NCBI GenBank assembly: GCA_030059675.1
Contig: JANVYQ010000004.1
Span: 64,001 to 128,000, forward strand
Reading direction: 5' to 3'
Source of the DNA: Candidatus Pelearchaeum maunauluense
GTDB taxonomy: Archaea > Thermoproteota > Nitrososphaeria_A > Caldarchaeales > Caldarchaeaceae
DNA length: 64,000 bases
Below the pieces are notes generated by a model. The model was given only the letters and a program-made list of their open reading frames with translations, was not told the DNA's origin and ran no database searches. Positions 59,200 to 64,000 of this stretch are shown piece by piece. Both the position numbers and the translations under genes were made by a program. Each line of letters starts with the position of its first letter. Positions within the stretch are counted from its first letter, which is position 1.

Positions 59200-60000
59200 T
59201 TGAGCGGGGGCTGGAAAAATATCTGGACGCTGTTCAGCAGGCCTGGGGAGCGCATAGAGGTAGTAGAAACAGGCTACGACATGGTAGATGACCGCGAGGA
59301 GTTCAGACTTAGGATAGAGAAATCCCTATCCCAGCTCAGAGGGCAGATTGAGCGGCTCAACAACAAGTACAGAGAACTGGCCGCGAGGAACAAGCTATAT
59401 TTCGAGAAATGTATCGAGGCACTGGTAGCTAGGGACGAGGAGAGGGCTAAGATATACGCCTCCGAGATAGCTGAGATTAAGAAGCTGGCCAAGATAATAA
59501 TACATAGCCAGCTTGTCCTGCTCCAGATAAGGATTAGGCTGGAGAGCATCCTAGAGCTAGGGGAGGTTCTCGTCCTAGTAAGGCCGCTCATAACCCTGCT
59601 GGAGAATGTGCGCACAGAGATAGCTGATGTAGTCCCAGAAGCTTCGGAAAACCTCCGCTCACTCGCCAACACGATAGAGAACTTCATAACCGAGTCCGAG
59701 ACGTATGTCGAGCCACCGCCCAGCCAGGCTCTTGAAGAACTCTCAGACGAAGCTAACTTCATCCTAAACGAGGCCAGGAGGATAGCCGCTGAGAAGGTGA
59801 AAGAACACTTCCCAGATATACCAACGCTCACAGAGGAGGAGAAGGCAGTATATTCCTACGTGATGTCCAACCAAAATGAGGAGCTGGACCTGGACGAGTG
59901 CGCATCGCAGCTGGGGATAAGACCCGAAAACCTACAGGAGATATTGAGGAGATTGCAGGAGAAGGGACTGATAGAGATACAGATAGGGGAGGTTAGCTAG
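59200..60000 (+). CDS. cdvB: ESCRT-III/CdvB protein with C-terminal winged helix
   Basis: AKIYASEIAEIKK, IRLESILELG; wHTH tail. Confidence 0.88.
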   Translation: MSGGWKNIWTLFSRPGERIEVVETGYDMVDDREEFRLRIEKSLSQLRGQIERLNNKYRELAARNKLYFEKCIEALVARDEERAKIYASEIAEIKKLAKIIIHSQLVLLQIRIRLESILELGEVLVLVRPLITLLENVRTEIADVVPEASENLRSLANTIENFITESETYVEPPPSQALEELSDEANFILNEARRIAAEKVKEHFPDIPTLTEEEKAVYSYVMSNQNEELDLDECASQLGIRPENLQEILRRLQEKGLIEIQIGEVS

Positions 60001-61108
60001 TCCCATACTTCTCCTGCCATTTCAACAGCTTCTGCATATTCTCCAGAGCTATTGATGGTCGTCTCTTCTTCAGAACTTCCAGAAAATCATCCATGGTTAT
60101 TGGTCTTGGGTTTCCGTCGCCGCTTCCAGAGGAGAAGAGCTCATTAACCACACGAAGCTGTGCCTCCATGCATACGTCATGTATATCTGCCGCAGAATAG
60201 CCATCAGACATAACAGCGAGCTGATGTAAATCAACGCCAACATCAAGCTTCAAGCCACTCGTATACATGGTGAACAACTGCTTACGCGCCTCCAAGTCTG
60301 GTAAGGGAACGTAGATGCGCTTCTGGAATCTCCTGATGAATGGCTCGTCCAGATACCAGGGCTTATTCGTTGCTGCTATGACGTAGATATACTCCTTCTT
60401 GCCCTTGCTCAGTATTCCATCCATCTCCTTTACGAGCTGGTTTCTTACCCTAGCTTCTCCCCCAACTTCCAGGAACCTCTCCGCCGTGAGCGAGTCAACC
60501 TCGTCTATGAAGATTATCGCTGGCTTTCCCTTGCTGGCCACCTGCCTGGCCTGGCTGAAGAGGCGTGCCACGTTTCTCTCAGACTCTCCGAGCCACTTGG
60601 ACATTATCGTAGCAGCGTCAACGACGAAGTAATGCGCGTCAATCTCCTTTGCTACGGCAGCCGCGAGGAGCGTCTTACCGCATCCAGGGGGGCCGAATAC
60701 CAGAATCCCACGCGGCCAACCAAGCGGAAAGAGGTCTGGCCTCCTAACAGGAAACACTATGCTCTGCCTAATCGCCTTCTTAGCCTCCTCAATATTCACT
60801 ATGTCGTCCCACGATACCTGCGGCTTATGACGTAGTATAGTGTCGTTGAATGTTACTTTCTGCTGCTGTGTTACTGCTAGCTTATGCTGCTCAGCTACCC
60901 CCAGCTTCTCAATACGCGCCTCATACTGGCTTATCTTCTCGACGAAGACCTTACGCAGCGCCTGGTCTTGAGTTAGGTTATAGAGCTTCCACAGCAGGTC
61001 TATCGCTTCGCGGTATCTCTTTACAGCCTTAGCTGTCTGTCCTATCCTGTCATAATAAACAGCCTCACGGGCCTTGTATGCTGCTATCCTCTCCAGCTCG
61101 GCGAACAT
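59993..61108 (-). CDS. cdvC: Vps4/CdvC AAA ATPase
   Basis: MIT domain, FPLGWPRG, GPPGCGKT, SKWLGES, RRFQKR. Confidence 0.93.
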   Translation of the reverse strand: MFAELERIAAYKAREAVYYDRIGQTAKAVKRYREAIDLLWKLYNLTQDQALRKVFVEKISQYEARIEKLGVAEQHKLAVTQQQKVTFNDTILRHKPQVSWDDIVNIEEAKKAIRQSIVFPVRRPDLFPLGWPRGILVFGPPGCGKTLLAAAVAKEIDAHYFVVDAATIMSKWLGESERNVARLFSQARQVASKGKPAIIFIDEVDSLTAERFLEVGGEARVRNQLVKEMDGILSKGKKEYIYVIAATNKPWYLDEPFIRRFQKRIYVPLPDLEARKQLFTMYTSGLKLDVGVDLHQLAVMSDGYSAADIHDVCMEAQLRVVNELFSSGSGDGNPRPITMDDFLEVLKKRRPSIALENMQKLLKWQEKYGTS

Positions 61109-61232
61109 CTTTCACCTCCTTCCGCGGCCTATTCTGCTATCAGGGCTACGCCGAGAACGTTATATAGACTAGCCTCGCCCAACCAGATAGCATTATCCAG
61201 GTATTTACTGTATAATCATGATGAATCCAACC

Positions 61233-61685
61233 TCATAATTCTTCTTTCACCGCCGAGAAGGAGACGCATGTTACTGTCTTGCCCACACCCTCTATTGAAC
61301 GGAGCTTATCTATCACCAGGGAACCTATTGATTGCATGGACTCGCCGCGCACTTTCAGCAGTATGTCCCACTCTCCAGATATTAGGTGAACCTCCACAAC
61401 GTCATCCATGGCTGCTATCTCTTCTGCAAGTTTCTTCTGCGATATTCCTGAGCCAGGTACGAAGGAGACTAGGATGAAGGCGGTGGTCGGCTTTCCCATC
61501 TTGGCATAATCGAGTCTTACTGTGAATTTCTTGATTATTGACTGGCTTTTGAGCCGTTTTATACGCTCTTGCACGGTTGTTCGGGGCATCTTGAGCTTTG
61601 ACGCCAGCGTGGTTATGCTCTGGCTAGAATCCTGCAATAGCTCCTGCAAGATTCGTTGGTCCTTCTCATCTAATTTTGCCTGCAT
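61233..61685 (-). CDS. Lrp/AsnC regulator
   Basis: LDEKDQRIL..TVQERIKRL; SGEWD. Confidence 0.9.
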   Translation of the reverse strand: MQAKLDEKDQRILQELLQDSSQSITTLASKLKMPRTTVQERIKRLKSQSIIKKFTVRLDYAKMGKPTTAFILVSFVPGSGISQKKLAEEIAAMDDVVEVHLISGEWDILLKVRGESMQSIGSLVIDKLRSIEGVGKTVTCVSFSAVKEEL

Positions 61686-61807
61686 GCTCTCGGTGTTTCT
61701 GTTCCTGGAGGTCGTTAAACTTTCTTTCATTCGTCATTCGTCTATAACGTGGAAGGCAGATAACTAAATACTTTTAAAGAATCCACCCCCACCACAAATG
61801 AGCAACT

Positions 61808-62854
61808 ATGCCGCAGATAAGGGACGCAGCTATTCACGGTTATGGTGGCTATGTGCCGCGTCTCCGCATAAAGGCTACGGAAATTGCACGTATCTGGGGT
61901 AAGGAGAGCGGCGAGGTTCCCATTAAGGAGAAGGCGGTTGCAGCGATTGACGAAGACGCTATAACTATGGCCATAGAGGCATCTCGCTACGCTATACGTA
62001 GGGCGGGGATAGACGCGGCTAGGATTGGCGCCGTGCATGTGGGGACTGAGTCTAAGCCCTATGCCGTGAAGCCCAGTGGGACGATAGTAGCGGAGGCGCT
62101 GGGAATAGGCTCTAACATAACCTCGGCAGACTACGAGTTCGCCTGCAAGGCTGGCACAGAGGCGATGCAGAGCATAATAGCTATGGTCTCTGCTAGGCGT
62201 ATAGAGTATGGCCTCGCCATAGGCTCCGACACGGCTCAGGGGAGGCCTGGGGATGCGCTGGAATACACCGCAGCAAGCGGCGCGGCCGCTCTGGTCATAG
62301 GGAGAGAAACAAGAGACGCCATAGCGAGGTTTGAATACTCGGTAACCTATGTAACTGATACGCCAGACTTCTGGCGTAGAAGCTATGAACGATTCCCCAT
62401 GCATACTTCACGCTTTACGGGAGAGCCAGCATACTTCAAGCATACGATAACCGCGGTTAAGAATCTCCTAGCGGAAAACGGCTACAGCATTAATGATTTT
62501 GATTATTTCATCTTTCACCAGCCTAACGTCAAGTTTCCACTAACCGCTGCCAAGATTCTCTCCATACCATTAGCGAAGGTTGAGCCTGGGATAGTTTCCG
62601 ATGTTGTTGGCAACACCTACGCTGCCTGCTCCATGCTGGGGCTTGTGAAGGTTCTGGACATAGCCAAGCCTGGGCAACGTATATTGATGACCTCATTCGG
62701 CTCAGGCGCGGGGAGCGATTCCTTCGTTATAACTGTCGGGGAGGGAATAGAGGAGAAGAGGGAGAGAGCTCCTCCATTAGCGGCGTTCTTCAGCAGGAAG
62801 AAGACGATAGACTACGGAATGTATCTGAAGATGCGGGATAAGATAAGGGTGTGA
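61808..62854 (+). CDS. HMG-CoA synthase
   Basis: ESKPYAVKP, FACKAG, HQPN, FGSGAGSD. Confidence 0.95.
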   Translation: MPQIRDAAIHGYGGYVPRLRIKATEIARIWGKESGEVPIKEKAVAAIDEDAITMAIEASRYAIRRAGIDAARIGAVHVGTESKPYAVKPSGTIVAEALGIGSNITSADYEFACKAGTEAMQSIIAMVSARRIEYGLAIGSDTAQGRPGDALEYTAASGAAALVIGRETRDAIARFEYSVTYVTDTPDFWRRSYERFPMHTSRFTGEPAYFKHTITAVKNLLAENGYSINDFDYFIFHQPNVKFPLTAAKILSIPLAKVEPGIVSDVVGNTYAACSMLGLVKVLDIAKPGQRILMTSFGSGAGSDSFVITVGEGIEEKRERAPPLAAFFSRKKTIDYGMYLKMRDKIRV

Positions 62855-62857
62855 GAG

Positions 62858-64000
62858 TTGAAGAAGGTTCTCATAGCAGGATATGGCCTTACGAAGGTGG
62901 AGGAGCACTGGGATAGGAGCTTGGAGAACTTGATGGCTGAGAGCAGTCTCAAAGCCCTGGAGTATGCTGGCCTCTCGCGTGTTGATGCTGTTTATGTGGC
63001 TAATGTGTATGGTGAGGTTTTGCAGGAGCAGGCCGTTCTCGGCTCTGTCTTGGCCGAGGAGCTGGGTATGAGCGGTGTGCAGGCTTACAGGATAGAGGCG
63101 GGAGCTGCATCTGGGATAGCTGCTGTGAAGATGGCTGCTAACGCGATACAGTCTGGAGAAGCCAACGTAGTCCTTGTAACTGGTGTTGAGAAGCTCTCAG
63201 ACGGTACGGCAGAGGAGCACTTAGCCCTCACCGCGATGGAGGAGCGCGAAGAATACACGGGCCAGATGGGTGTTCATCAAGCTGCTAGCGCCGCGCTACT
63301 ATACAGGCTCTACCTAAGTCGGTATGGTGCTAGGCAGGATGGTATAGCCCAGTTCGCCGTCATAAGCCATGAGAACGCCGTTGGTGTGTCTCACGCGCAA
63401 TACCCCTTCAAGGTGGGCTTGGATACGGTTATGAAATCACCCTACCTATCGGAGCCTCTTCACAGGCTTGAGGCAACGGCGGTAGCTGACGGCTCGGCAG
63501 CCATAATACTCTGCTCAGAAGACTTCGCAGCAAAGCTTGACCCGCCCAAGGCGAGGTTGGCCGCGTGTAGCCTAGCAACCGACTACGTTACACCATTTGA
63601 CAGGGAAGACCCCCTCCACTTCCAAGCCCTGGCGCGCGCTACTCACAGCGCCCTAGAGATGGCCGGCGTCTCAAGGGAGCAGATAGGCTTTCTGGAGCTT
63701 CACGACTCCTTCTCAATAGTTGCCGCCCTCTCGCTGGAGTCGTCTGGCTTCTTCCCGCGCGGGAAGGCTGGGGAGGCGGCTCTCGCAGGAAAGCTGAGCC
63801 TCAACGGGGAGCTACCCATAAACACCTTCGGCGGCCTCAAGGCGCGCGGCCACCCTGTAGGAGCTACGGCAATCTACCAGCTCGCTGAAGCTTATCTCCA
63901 GCTAACACACCAAGCTGGGAAGAACCAGCTAGACAACGCTAAACACGCCATGGTGCAGTCGCTGGCAGGCTTGGGATGTGCGGCGGCGGTATGCATTCTT
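62858..64000 (+). CDS. Thiolase-family protein, 3'-truncated, catalytic Cys absent
   Basis: TTG start; GVEK, DGSAA, ELHDSF, GGLKARGHPVGAT. Confidence 0.88.
   Translation, partial: MKKVLIAGYGLTKVEEHWDRSLENLMAESSLKALEYAGLSRVDAVYVANVYGEVLQEQAVLGSVLAEELGMSGVQAYRIEAGAASGIAAVKMAANAIQSGEANVVLVTGVEKLSDGTAEEHLALTAMEEREEYTGQMGVHQAASAALLYRLYLSRYGARQDGIAQFAVISHENAVGVSHAQYPFKVGLDTVMKSPYLSEPLHRLEATAVADGSAAIILCSEDFAAKLDPPKARLAACSLATDYVTPFDREDPLHFQALARATHSALEMAGVSREQIGFLELHDSFSIVAALSLESSGFFPRGKAGEAALAGKLSLNGELPINTFGGLKARGHPVGATAIYQLAEAYLQLTHQAGKNQLDNAKHAMVQSLAGLGCAAAVCIL

Noticed and set aside
1-64000. CRISPR arrays, IS elements, rRNA
   Set aside because: No repeat-spacer units, transposases or rRNA motifs seen

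Overview
Gene-dense window from a thermophilic archaeon, most likely Aigarchaeota/Caldarchaeales. This is inferred from reverse gyrase together with crenactin/arcadins, FtsZ and ESCRT-III/Vps4. Most genes are housekeeping, and I saw no CRISPR array or mobile element. The main signal is bulge-helix-bulge (BHB) splicing used beyond the usual tRNA site. (1) mtnA is split by a 34-nt BHB intron (41444-41477, minus strand) whose rule-based excision restores the active-site C-N-A-G motif. (2) A free-standing BHB element with C/D-like boxes directly follows the crenactin stop codon. (3) All four tRNA genes are interrupted: Cys at 8/9, Leu at 21/22, Arg at 45/46, and a Gly-like gene with an aberrant anticodon loop. 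Other points: candidate eukaryote-like oligosaccharyltransferase accessory subunits (OST3/6-like, ribophorin-I-like, DPM2-like), an unannotated cdrS-like gene before ftsZ, a MetRS frame with no in-frame start, and a thiolase lacking its catalytic cysteines. Product calls come from motif recognition by eye; no database searches were run.
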